This document shows, piece after piece, positions 1 to 6,746 of a DNA stretch of 64,000 nt (positions within the stretch are counted from its first letter, which is position 1; the number at the start of each line of letters is the position of its first letter). The stretch lies in assembly GCA_015661155.1 (NCBI GenBank), contig JACVQK010000001.1, forward strand, positions 24,261 to 88,260, in the 5' to 3' direction. Below the pieces are notes generated by a model. It searched no databases and was not told the DNA's origin. It saw only the letters and a list, made by a program, of their open reading frames with translations. The position numbers and the translations under genes are program-made. This DNA is from Dehalococcoidia bacterium (GTDB taxonomy: Bacteria; Chloroflexota; Dehalococcoidia; Lucifugimonadales; UBA2985).

Positions 1-302
1 GTGCCCTGGACCAGCTCCTGGGGTATCTCAGGCTCTGCTGACAGGAGGGAGGCGCGATAGAGGGCCACCGCCTGGGCTAGCTGTGCCCCCACGGTCTCTA
101 GCTCCGACTCTCGCTCCTTCAGGGCATCCTCCGCCTGGCCCAGGGTGGCCTCCATCTCCCGGATGCGGGCGTCCCGCTCCGCCAGGGTCGCCTCCAGCCC
201 CGCGATCCGCTCTTCGAGGGATGCTTTCGCAGCCTCAGCGCTGCCTTCTTCCAACGTCTCCGCCGGTTCCAGCTCTACGGTTTGGGTAGTGTCTTCAGCC
301 AT
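1..302 (-). CDS. phage scaffolding-like coiled-coil protein, N-terminal ~100 aa only (runs off window)
   Basis: ATG at 302 preceded by AAGGAG. Translation MAEDTTQTVELEPAETLEEG..LEERIAGLEATLAERDARIREMEATLGQAEDALKERESELE is acidic and heptad-like, and lies directly downstream of the portal gene. No stop before the window edge, so it is absent from the ORF track. Confidence 0.45.
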   Translation of the reverse strand, partial: MAEDTTQTVELEPAETLEEGSAEAAKASLEERIAGLEATLAERDARIREMEATLGQAEDALKERESELETVGAQLAQAVALYRASLLSAEPEIPQELVQG

Positions 303-411
303 GTTTGCTCCTTAGAGTGGGGTTGACTACCGTGCAGAATATGCGTTCTATCAGTTTCTGGCAAGAAGGGGATGGCATCCCATGATTCACCACTCTTTCC
401 TTATGGAGAGG

Positions 412-1719
412 TTAGCCCCCCTCTCCCCTCATCCGCTCCCACTCCCCATCCGGGTCTTCGATGCCCAGGTTCTCCATGGCGCGGCGCCGGCTCTGGATCC
501 CCGCCGCCACCAGCGTCTGCTGCTCCTGCACCAGGCGGCTGCGGTCCTGGGGCAGCACCGGCCCCCACACGACGCGCTGTTTCACCGGCAGGTGCTTCAC
601 CCCTGTGCGTTTCTCCAGAATGCGCAGCACCATCTCGTTGCGCTCCTTGTAGACGGCGGCGCGGATGAGGCGCTTGCGGCGCACCTTCTGGAGCAGGGGG
701 TTCAGCTCCATCTCCAGGGCCACGCCGGAGAGGCTGCGAGGGTTGTCGCCGAAGCTTATCCGTGGGGCCTCCGAGAGGTCGTGGAGCGAACGGTATATGA
801 GGTCGATGAAGTCCACGTGGAGCTTGATGCCCCCGCCCTGGAGCAGGTCCAGCAGGTAGGCCCGCGCCCGCTCCGGCAGCTCCCACACCGCCCCGGGCTG
901 CACGGCGATGTCCTCGGCGTGCTCCACCCCTTCCAGCACAGCGATGGGGTTTCCCGACAGCTCCAGGATCATGGATAGCTGGGAGACGGCCCGGTTCAGC
1001 TCCCGGGAAGGCTCCACCAGGGGCGGCACATCCGAGAGGCCCCAGAACTTCTTGGGCTCCCTCAAATTTGGGAAGATGACGAAGGGGATGAAGCCGTAGG
1101 GGTTGGACCTCTCCTGGGTCAGGGCGTCGTCCACCCACAGCCGAAACTCCTTGGGGGTCCAGACCTCTACGATGGTGGCCTGGTGGCTATTGCTCCCCGT
1201 TTTGGCCGACTTGATGCCGTAGAGCATCTGGGTCTCCTCCGAGGAGAGGGTGTAGCGGCTGGCCACCTGCCATATGCGGCTCATATCGTCGGCCACCCAC
1301 CAGGCGAAGAGGCCCTGGACGTCGGGAGATGTTATCCTGACACGGCGCTCCTGGGGGTCCCAGGTCACCTTGTAGCAGCCGTCGCCCAGGATGGCGGCAT
1401 CCAGCTCCGTATCGAAGTCCAGTTGCTCCAGGTGGTTGGCATCGTGCACCCGGCGCAGGGCCTCCTCCGCCCGCTTTGCCCGCTCCTGGGCTTCGGGAGA
1501 GGAGTCCGTCGGCTCCATGACGAAGGACGTCTCCGTCATCAGGTAAGAGGTTATCTTGTCGATGAAGGTGCGGGCGTAGTTGAAGGTGAGGCGTCGCTCC
1601 CGGCGGTGGGGGATGCCCAGCCACTGGACGCCGCTGTAGAAGTCCAGGTTCTCCCGGTAGGCCCTCAGCCTGTCGCTGTCCATGCGGGCGATCTTCTGGG
1701 GTAGGGATAGATTGTTCAT
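412..1719 (-). CDS. phage portal protein (SPP1 Gp6-like)
   Basis: ORF 412..2019 trimmed to the ATG at 1719 (GGAGAA RBS upstream). MNNLSLPQKIARMDSDRLRAYRENLDFYSGVQW.. has typical portal N-terminus and length (~435 aa), and sits next to the large terminase. Confidence 0.85.
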   Translation of the reverse strand: MNNLSLPQKIARMDSDRLRAYRENLDFYSGVQWLGIPHRRERRLTFNYARTFIDKITSYLMTETSFVMEPTDSSPEAQERAKRAEEALRRVHDANHLEQLDFDTELDAAILGDGCYKVTWDPQERRVRITSPDVQGLFAWWVADDMSRIWQVASRYTLSSEETQMLYGIKSAKTGSNSHQATIVEVWTPKEFRLWVDDALTQERSNPYGFIPFVIFPNLREPKKFWGLSDVPPLVEPSRELNRAVSQLSMILELSGNPIAVLEGVEHAEDIAVQPGAVWELPERARAYLLDLLQGGGIKLHVDFIDLIYRSLHDLSEAPRISFGDNPRSLSGVALEMELNPLLQKVRRKRLIRAAVYKERNEMVLRILEKRTGVKHLPVKQRVVWGPVLPQDRSRLVQEQQTLVAAGIQSRRRAMENLGIEDPDGEWERMRGEGG

Positions 1720-1817
1720 GGTTTTCTCCTCTTTATCTTGGATGTATTTCGAGGGCTTGACATTCCACTCCATCATTGTAATTATGGAGTGGAATGGAAT
1801 GTTTGAAGGAGGGCAAG

Positions 1818-2273
1818 ATGCCAACTGTAACTTTGAGTGAAACAGTGTATCGGAAGCTTCAATCTCTTGCGGAGCCATTCCGGGATACCCCAGAGACAGT
1901 GATTCAGCGACTTCTGGATGAGCACGAAAAGGGAGGTGGAGCAACCGGCACTGTCCCCGCTCCGCCGTCTTCGCCGGATTCTGAGGGGCATATGAGAAAC
2001 GAAGACTTTCATCATGCAATTGTTGCGATATTGGACAGGGCGGGGGCCAGTGGCAGGCGCCCTAGAGAAGTCATCACGGAATTGGAGAGGCAGTTTGCAG
2101 GCAAACTTTCCAAGTGGGATATTCAAAAAGAGCCTAAAGGGATGATTCGATGGAAGCACAGAGTATATGACGCAAAGGAGGATCTGAAGCAATGGGGCCT
2201 TATTGTATCTGTCAATGGTCGCTGGCAGATTACCGAACATGGGCAGAAGGCTTTCAAAGATGGAACTATATGA
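1818..2273 (+). CDS. small DNA-binding protein: N-terminal RHH/Arc-like segment plus Mrr_N-like winged helix (moron)
   Basis: ATG at 1818 with GAAGGAGGG RBS. The C-terminal half (HHAIVAILDRAGASGRRPREVITELERQFAGKLSKWDIQKEPKGMIRWKHRVYDAKEDLKQWGLIVSVNGRWQITEHGQKAF) follows the Mrr N-terminal wHTH pattern. Opposite strand and visibly lower GC than its neighbours. Confidence 0.7.
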   Translation: MPTVTLSETVYRKLQSLAEPFRDTPETVIQRLLDEHEKGGGATGTVPAPPSSPDSEGHMRNEDFHHAIVAILDRAGASGRRPREVITELERQFAGKLSKWDIQKEPKGMIRWKHRVYDAKEDLKQWGLIVSVNGRWQITEHGQKAFKDGTI

Positions 2274-2306
2274 ACTCGCTTTAGCCTTCATAGCTTGCTC
2301 CTGCTG

Positions 2307-2597
2307 TTAATTGGCTCTGGCCCGTTGCAGTATGCGGTGGACGGTGCGCTGGCTCAGCCCGAAGTGCTGTGCCAGCTGGGGCACCGTTTTCCCCTGGGTG
2401 CGGCTCACCTGGACCACCTCCTGGTCCCGGCTCTCCCGTATCTGCTGATAGTAGGCTGTGGGGTCATCGTACTTGCAGCAGGGGAGGTGGCAACCCAGGC
2501 AGGAGGGGGAGACGTCACAGCCGTCGTCCCGGTAGGGGTAGTGCTCTGGCAACGCGTCGATGATGGGCACGTTCTTCTGGGGGCTCATTTCCTTCAC
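2307..2597 (-). CDS. Cys-rich HTH protein (possible small terminase or regulator)
   Basis: Cys cluster CDVSPSCLGCHLPCC followed by the HTH-like segment TVPQLAQHFGLSQRTVHRILQRA. GTG at 2597, with an alternative ATG at 2588. Lies between terL and portal. Confidence 0.6.
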   Translation of the reverse strand: MKEMSPQKNVPIIDALPEHYPYRDDGCDVSPSCLGCHLPCCKYDDPTAYYQQIRESRDQEVVQVSRTQGKTVPQLAQHFGLSQRTVHRILQRARAN

Positions 2598-2628
2598 ACC
2601 TCGCTCTTCTCCATCTCTCGCATCCCTT

Positions 2629-4014
2629 TCACGCCGGCACGCGTCCCCGGGCGGCGCGGGGCTGGTACGCAGCAGCCCTCACCAGGAGGGCCAGGCTCAT
2701 GAGGAAGTCGTCGTGTCCCATGGCGGGGGGGACGTGGAAGCTCATAGTCTGGTTGGCCCTGAAGTAGCCCTGCGCCTTCTCCACCTGGCTCCACAGCTCC
2801 TGGAACTCGGGAGAGCCGTCTCTCGCGTACATCTTCAGGCGGCCGGAGTTCACCGTCGCCAGGAGGTCGAAGGCCAGGCGGGACTTGCTCTGGACGGTGA
2901 AGGTGAAGGGCTCCACTACGGCCCTGCCCAGGGTCTTCTCCAGGAAGCTGGCGATGCCCTGCCCCAGGCCGGTGGCGTCCACCACCACCCGGCGGCAGCG
3001 CCACAGGCCCCGCAAAACATCCACCAGCCTCGGAAAGAGAGAGGCGTGGCTCTGGCCTGTCCACCAGCAGTGCTCCACAATCCTGATGGCAGGCTCCGGC
3101 ATGAGCTGGTCGCAGTGGGAGAAGTCCAGCTCGCCGATGGTGACCACGGTGGAGTCCCGCTGAGGTTGGGCTATTCGGAGCGCCTCGTCCTTCCCCTCTT
3201 CGGCCTCTCCGGCGATGTCCACGGCGGCCACGTACACCTTTCCCTGCTCCGGGGAGGAGCGTCGGCTGTGGTCTCCCTGCATCTGGGCCCGCTGCTGGGG
3301 GGAAAATAGGCCGCCACCGCCGTGGAGGGGTTCCAGAAGGTACTGGGTGCGGAACAGGGGATGGCTCTCCCCCAGGCGTTGCCTTTCGCCTTCCACATAC
3401 GCCCGGTACAGGGGGTTGTACCTGGCCACCTCCTCCCAGTCCAGGTGGAAATGACGCTTGATCCCATCGGCGCGCTCCATCTCCAGGTTGGCCTGCTTCA
3501 CCTCCTCCAGCAGGGTGTCCCCCTTCCAGGGGGTGCCGTAGAGCACCGTGGTGACGTTGGTGGAGGCTCCCATGGGCCTGAACTCCCGGTAGAACTTCTC
3601 CCTGTCCACATCCTGGGCCTCGTCCATCTCCAGGAGGATGTGGGCAGTGGCCCCCACCACGTTGGTGGAGGGTTCGGCGCTCAAGAACATCTGACGCCCT
3701 CTGCCGAGACCCAGGATGTGGCCCGCCTCGGTGCTCCAGAGGCCCGCCATGCCCGCGTCGTTCAGGCGCTCCTTCAGACGGGCCATGCTGATGCGCACCT
3801 GGGGATCGAAGGTGGGAGCGCCCTTCACCAGGTTTCCCCCTTTGACGGTGAACAGGGTGAGAAGGAGCACCTCCAGCTGGGCCGACAGCTCGTTCTTCCC
3901 CCCCTGACGAGCTATCTCCACGGAGAAGGTCAGCCCCTTGTGGTGAAGGACGCTGTCCAGGACCGCCCTGCCTATCTCCACCTGGTATGGCCTCAAGGCC
4001 AACAGCTTGGACAT
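2629..4014 (-). CDS. phage terminase large subunit
   Basis: 461 aa. N-terminal ATPase region (ARQGGKNELSAQLEVLLL, LLEMDEAQDV as Walker B-like) and C-terminal nuclease-like region (VAAVDIAGEAEEGKDE..VVVDATGLG). Confidence 0.85.
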   Translation of the reverse strand: MSKLLALRPYQVEIGRAVLDSVLHHKGLTFSVEIARQGGKNELSAQLEVLLLTLFTVKGGNLVKGAPTFDPQVRISMARLKERLNDAGMAGLWSTEAGHILGLGRGRQMFLSAEPSTNVVGATAHILLEMDEAQDVDREKFYREFRPMGASTNVTTVLYGTPWKGDTLLEEVKQANLEMERADGIKRHFHLDWEEVARYNPLYRAYVEGERQRLGESHPLFRTQYLLEPLHGGGGLFSPQQRAQMQGDHSRRSSPEQGKVYVAAVDIAGEAEEGKDEALRIAQPQRDSTVVTIGELDFSHCDQLMPEPAIRIVEHCWWTGQSHASLFPRLVDVLRGLWRCRRVVVDATGLGQGIASFLEKTLGRAVVEPFTFTVQSKSRLAFDLLATVNSGRLKMYARDGSPEFQELWSQVEKAQGYFRANQTMSFHVPPAMGHDDFLMSLALLVRAAAYQPRAARGRVPA

Positions 4015-4019
4015 CTCTC

Positions 4020-4244
4020 TTACCCCTGCCTCAACAGGCCCAGGACTATCTGCGCGATGACCGCCCCCACCACCAGAAAGAGCAGTCCGTTTACCCGGGC
4101 CTTCAGCTCGCCCACGTGACGCTCCAGCTCCCGGATACGCTGGTCCAGCAGGGCGTCGAAGGTGGAGGCTGGAGAGAGGTCCACACCGGGGGAGGGGGGC
4201 CTTCGCGCCTTGCTGACGGCATCTCTGATCTCTTTATCCCTCAT
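4020..4244 (-). CDS. small membrane protein (coiled-coil plus C-terminal TM)
   Basis: ORF 4020..4277 trimmed to ATG 4244, which overlaps the upstream stop. C-terminal LLFLVVGAVIAQIVLGLL is a TM helix. Confidence 0.45.
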   Translation of the reverse strand: MRDKEIRDAVSKARRPPSPGVDLSPASTFDALLDQRIRELERHVGELKARVNGLLFLVVGAVIAQIVLGLLRQG

Positions 4245-4569
4245 GGAACCCCTCGGGCAGGAGGACGTTTCCCACACCCTTCAGCACCCCCAGGAGGCTC
4301 TGATACAGGTCATCCTCGGCTTGGTGGGACAGCTTGTACTTGGCGGAGACAGCCCGAACCAGCATTCCTATCCCCTTTATCAGCAGCTCCAGGTTTTCCG
4401 GCTGCTCCTCTGCTAAGCGGCTGAGGCGTACTCTGAGGAGGGCGATCTCTTCGTCCAGCCCCTGGATCTGCTTGGCCCTGGAGAGGCGAACCCTCTCCGC
4501 CTGGGATAGGGCCTCCTCGTAGAACTCCTGGGGTTTGACCGGAGGCTTGCTACGTTTCGTCGGGGCCAT
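4234..4569 (-). CDS. hypothetical phage protein (helical, 111 aa; small-terminase position)
   Basis: Intact ORF directly upstream of the terL block, with start/stop overlaps to both neighbours. Confidence 0.5.
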   Translation of the reverse strand: MAPTKRSKPPVKPQEFYEEALSQAERVRLSRAKQIQGLDEEIALLRVRLSRLAEEQPENLELLIKGIGMLVRAVSAKYKLSHQAEDDLYQSLLGVLKGVGNVLLPEGFHEG

Positions 4570-4711
4570 TGCTCTCCCCTTCCAGGGCTTCCAGCAGGTG
4601 ATGGAGGGTCTCCGGGGGCAGTCGGGATGCCACCTGTACCAGGCCCTGAAGGAGGCAGAGGGCCACCACCTCCCAGTTTTGTCTCTCTATTGCCGTTGCT
4701 ATGGTGGTCAT
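4550..4711 (-). CDS. hypothetical 53-aa protein
   Basis: ATG at 4711, translation MTTIATAIERQNWEVVALCLLQGLVQVASRLPPETLHHLLEALEGESNGPDET. Its stop overlaps the next gene by 20 nt. Below the ORF-track size cutoff. Confidence 0.3.
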   Translation of the reverse strand: MTTIATAIERQNWEVVALCLLQGLVQVASRLPPETLHHLLEALEGESNGPDET

Positions 4712-4754
4712 AGGCTCTTCCTCGTATCTGTCTCAGCCGGCGTTCTCATCGATG

Positions 4755-4907
4755 CATGAATTCATTCCAAAATCTGACCCTGGGGGAGTCCAGAGGGGCA
4801 AAGCCCCTTCTGGCGGGGGTCTGGGGGTGTCCCCCCAGATACTTTTCATTCCCCCTCTCCCCTGGCAAGGGAGAGGGGGACACAGGGGGTGAGGGTTTTT
4901 GAGATAG
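4755..4907. repeat. composite palindromic intergenic repeat (left arm A, core hairpin, right arm type 2)
   Basis: CATGAATTCATTCCAAAATCTGACCCTGGGGGAGTCCAGAGGGGCAAAGCCCC..GGGGGTCTGGGGGTGTCCCCCCAGA..CCCCCTCTCCCCTGGCAAGGGAGAGGGGG..GGGGGTGAGGGTTTTTGAGATAG. Near-copies at 39632, 13800, 57840 (reverse) and 62998 (reverse). Confidence 0.9.
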
Positions 4908-4909
4908 AT

Positions 4910-5236
4910 TCACTTCTTCCGCCTGCCGTTATGTCTCTGGCGGAGGATCAGCGCTGTTATGGCCAGGGACGATGTGAGGGGCAGGAGTCCCACCATCAGG
5001 AGTGGCCCTGCCTCCAGGAGCAGGGAGGAGCCTCCCCTGAAAGGGAGGAGAGGCAGCAGCATCCAGTACAGCCCCTGGGCGAGGAAGCTCAGGTTCACCA
5101 GGGAGAGAACCAAAACAGCTATCCTTCTGGCGGGCTGTGCGGCTGAGTAGCCGGCGAAGTGGAGGGCGTTGAAGCCCCCCGAAATAGTGGTGAGCGCTCC
5201 CTGGATGATAACCAGGGCCTGGGTAGATTCTGGCAC
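4910..5236 (-). CDS. small integral membrane protein (3 predicted TM)
   Basis: 108-aa hydrophobic ORF with GTG start. No homology recognised. Confidence 0.45.
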   Translation of the reverse strand: MPESTQALVIIQGALTTISGGFNALHFAGYSAAQPARRIAVLVLSLVNLSFLAQGLYWMLLPLLPFRGGSSLLLEAGPLLMVGLLPLTSSLAITALILRQRHNGRRKK

Positions 5237-5330
5237 GGGCTCCTCCTGCCATGGTCGTTCTCCTAACCGAGGGATTACGAGGAGGAGTGTAGGACAGATG
5301 TTCTACTTAGTCAATGGGAGGGTGGCACAC

Positions 5331-5490
5331 GTAGGGGCGATTCATGAATCGCCCCTACGACTATGCCGATTGTCACTGCACAAAGAGTGAAAATTCCTTG
5401 CGCAGCAGGTACCTTCCCCCATCGAGGGGGAAGGTTAGGATGGGGGTGAGGCCCCCACCTCAATCCTCCCCCGCAAGCGAGGGAGGAGGC
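5331..5490. repeat. cluster of short perfect or near-perfect palindromes
   Basis: 28-bp perfect palindrome GTAGGGGCGATTCATGAATCGCCCCTAC (5331-5358). Also hairpins CCTTCCCCC-ATCGA-GGGGGAAGG and CCTCCC-N10-GGGAGG. The GGGGGAAGGTTAGGATG module recurs at 16140. Confidence 0.8.
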
Positions 5491-5747
5491 CGGAGACCCC
5501 GAGAGTTCGGGGGCAGTAGCTACTGAGTCGAGGAGAGCCTTTGGACAGGGGAAGCCCAAACCCTATAAGACACGGGTCTGCCCAGATTACTGGCGCAGGT
5601 CGTCACTTTTAAACCATAGCAGGCGGCCGTCTGAAAGTTTCACTTGATACCACGCAGGGATGCATTGTAAGGCCCCGTCCTTTATGAGCACCTGGGTTCC
5701 CTGGGCTACTTGGTTATTCGTATAAGCGCTCCCTGGGAAGCAATTCG

Positions 5748-6401
5748 TCAGGTCGTCATAGCCTTGGCGTGGCCCTTGCCGCTAGCTATGTAGGCGGTGC
5801 CTAGTTGCATGGGAACCCTCCACCATTCCCACGATGCTGGTACCTGGAAGGGTGTGACTGCGTCTGATGTTAGTGTTGGCACTGTTGGTGTTGGCACGGG
5901 GTTTAGTTCAAACAGCCCAAAGGAGATAATGTCCCCATCGCGCCAGTCGTCGTAAACGTGGTAAGCGTAGTAGCCACTACCTAATGCAAGGCCAATGACG
6001 ACCACAATCAGGGCTTGAAATATCGGGCGCTGGTTAAACACGACCCGCCCAGGCCACAGCAAGGCATGGGTCACCGCGTCTCGTGTCCCTGGAGCCTTAA
6101 CCAGAAGTATCGCGAGGAGGAACAGCGCGGCGGTCCCGATATCTATGAGACGCCATATGCTGCGGGACAGGTCAATTGGGACGAAGGGGTTAAACAAGAT
6201 TGCCACAAAGACGAAAACCCCGACAGCCCAGAGTTGCCCCCACTGAAGGCCGAAAATGGCCACCAGCACAGCGGCGAATCCCGTGACCCACCGCAAAAGG
6301 GTGTAGCTATACGGCCATTCCCCCAACGCCCCCAGAAGCATGGCAATAGCTCCAAGGGCGAACAGGACTACCAGAAGCCTTTTCTGCGCGTCAGTTGACA
6401 T
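5748..6401 (-). CDS. integral membrane protein (N-terminal 4-TM region, DUF6804-like by eye)
   Basis: 217-aa ORF. WPYSYTLLRWVTGFAAVLVAIF.. is hydrophobic. Region is lower in GC than its neighbours. Confidence 0.6.
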   Translation of the reverse strand: MSTDAQKRLLVVLFALGAIAMLLGALGEWPYSYTLLRWVTGFAAVLVAIFGLQWGQLWAVGVFVFVAILFNPFVPIDLSRSIWRLIDIGTAALFLLAILLVKAPGTRDAVTHALLWPGRVVFNQRPIFQALIVVVIGLALGSGYYAYHVYDDWRDGDIISFGLFELNPVPTPTVPTLTSDAVTPFQVPASWEWWRVPMQLGTAYIASGKGHAKAMTT

Positions 6402-6465
6402 AGCCGCACCCTCCTAGACTATGTCGCCAACGGAACTCAGGCCCTGAGGACACCACGGTTACTTT

Positions 6466-6726
6466 CTACTGGGGTGTCTTCAGGCCATTCAGTCGGGCCA
6501 CAAGCCGGGACTTTCGCCGGGCGGCGTTGTTCTTGTGAATAATACCCTTGGTCGCCGCCTGGTCCAGGGCCTTCACGGCCTCTCTGGTGCTCGCCTTGGC
6601 GGCTTCCAGGTCTCCCGCGGCGATGGTTTCTTGGGCCTTCTTGACATAGGTTCTGGTGGCGGTGCGAATGGGCCGATTGTGCAGGCTTTTTGTCTCCGTC
6701 ACCCGGGCCGATTTTTCGCTAGGCAA
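6466..6726 (-). CDS. rpsT: 30S ribosomal protein S20
   Basis: TTG start with AAGGGGGA RBS. KSARVTETKSLHNRPIRTATRTYVKKA..IHKNNAARRKSRL is the S20 signature pattern. Confidence 0.9.
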   Translation of the reverse strand: MPSEKSARVTETKSLHNRPIRTATRTYVKKAQETIAAGDLEAAKASTREAVKALDQAATKGIIHKNNAARRKSRLVARLNGLKTPQ

Positions 6727-6746
6727 AGAGATTCCCCCTTTTAGCT

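Larger units (their letters stand above)
1..4711 (-). mobile_element. phage-derived packaging/head gene module (cryptic prophage or phage-like element; left end lies outside the window)
   Basis: Co-oriented scaffold-like, portal, Cys-rich HTH, large terminase and three small ORFs with overlapping stop/start codons. The right edge abuts the repeat locus at 4755. No integrase or att site seen inside the window. Confidence 0.6.

Noticed and set aside
4701-4892. ORFs lying inside the intergenic repeats (4701..4892, 5311..5559, 10045..10401, 11552..11809, 11667..11963, 13245..13448, 13724..14041, 23001..23192, 43986..44286, 51562..52051, 62909..63431). They contain recurring peptides such as GGHPQTP, LGVSPR, PLPGQEGG and FDKLRVSG.
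   Set aside because: The same nucleotide modules are read in different frames and on both strands at different loci. Copies carry indels that break the frames. They lack RBS and start context. The conservation is at DNA-hairpin level, not protein level.
5584-5779. SH3-like reading frame downstream of the 217-aa membrane protein (..YDDLTNCFPGSAYTNNQVAQGTQVLIKDGALQCIPAWYQVKLSDGRLLWFKSDDLRQ).
   Set aside because: There is no ATG/GTG/TTG in frame (only a CTG). It is out of frame with the upstream gene, and a stop lies just upstream. It may be a remnant or a frameshifted tail, but I cannot support a CDS.
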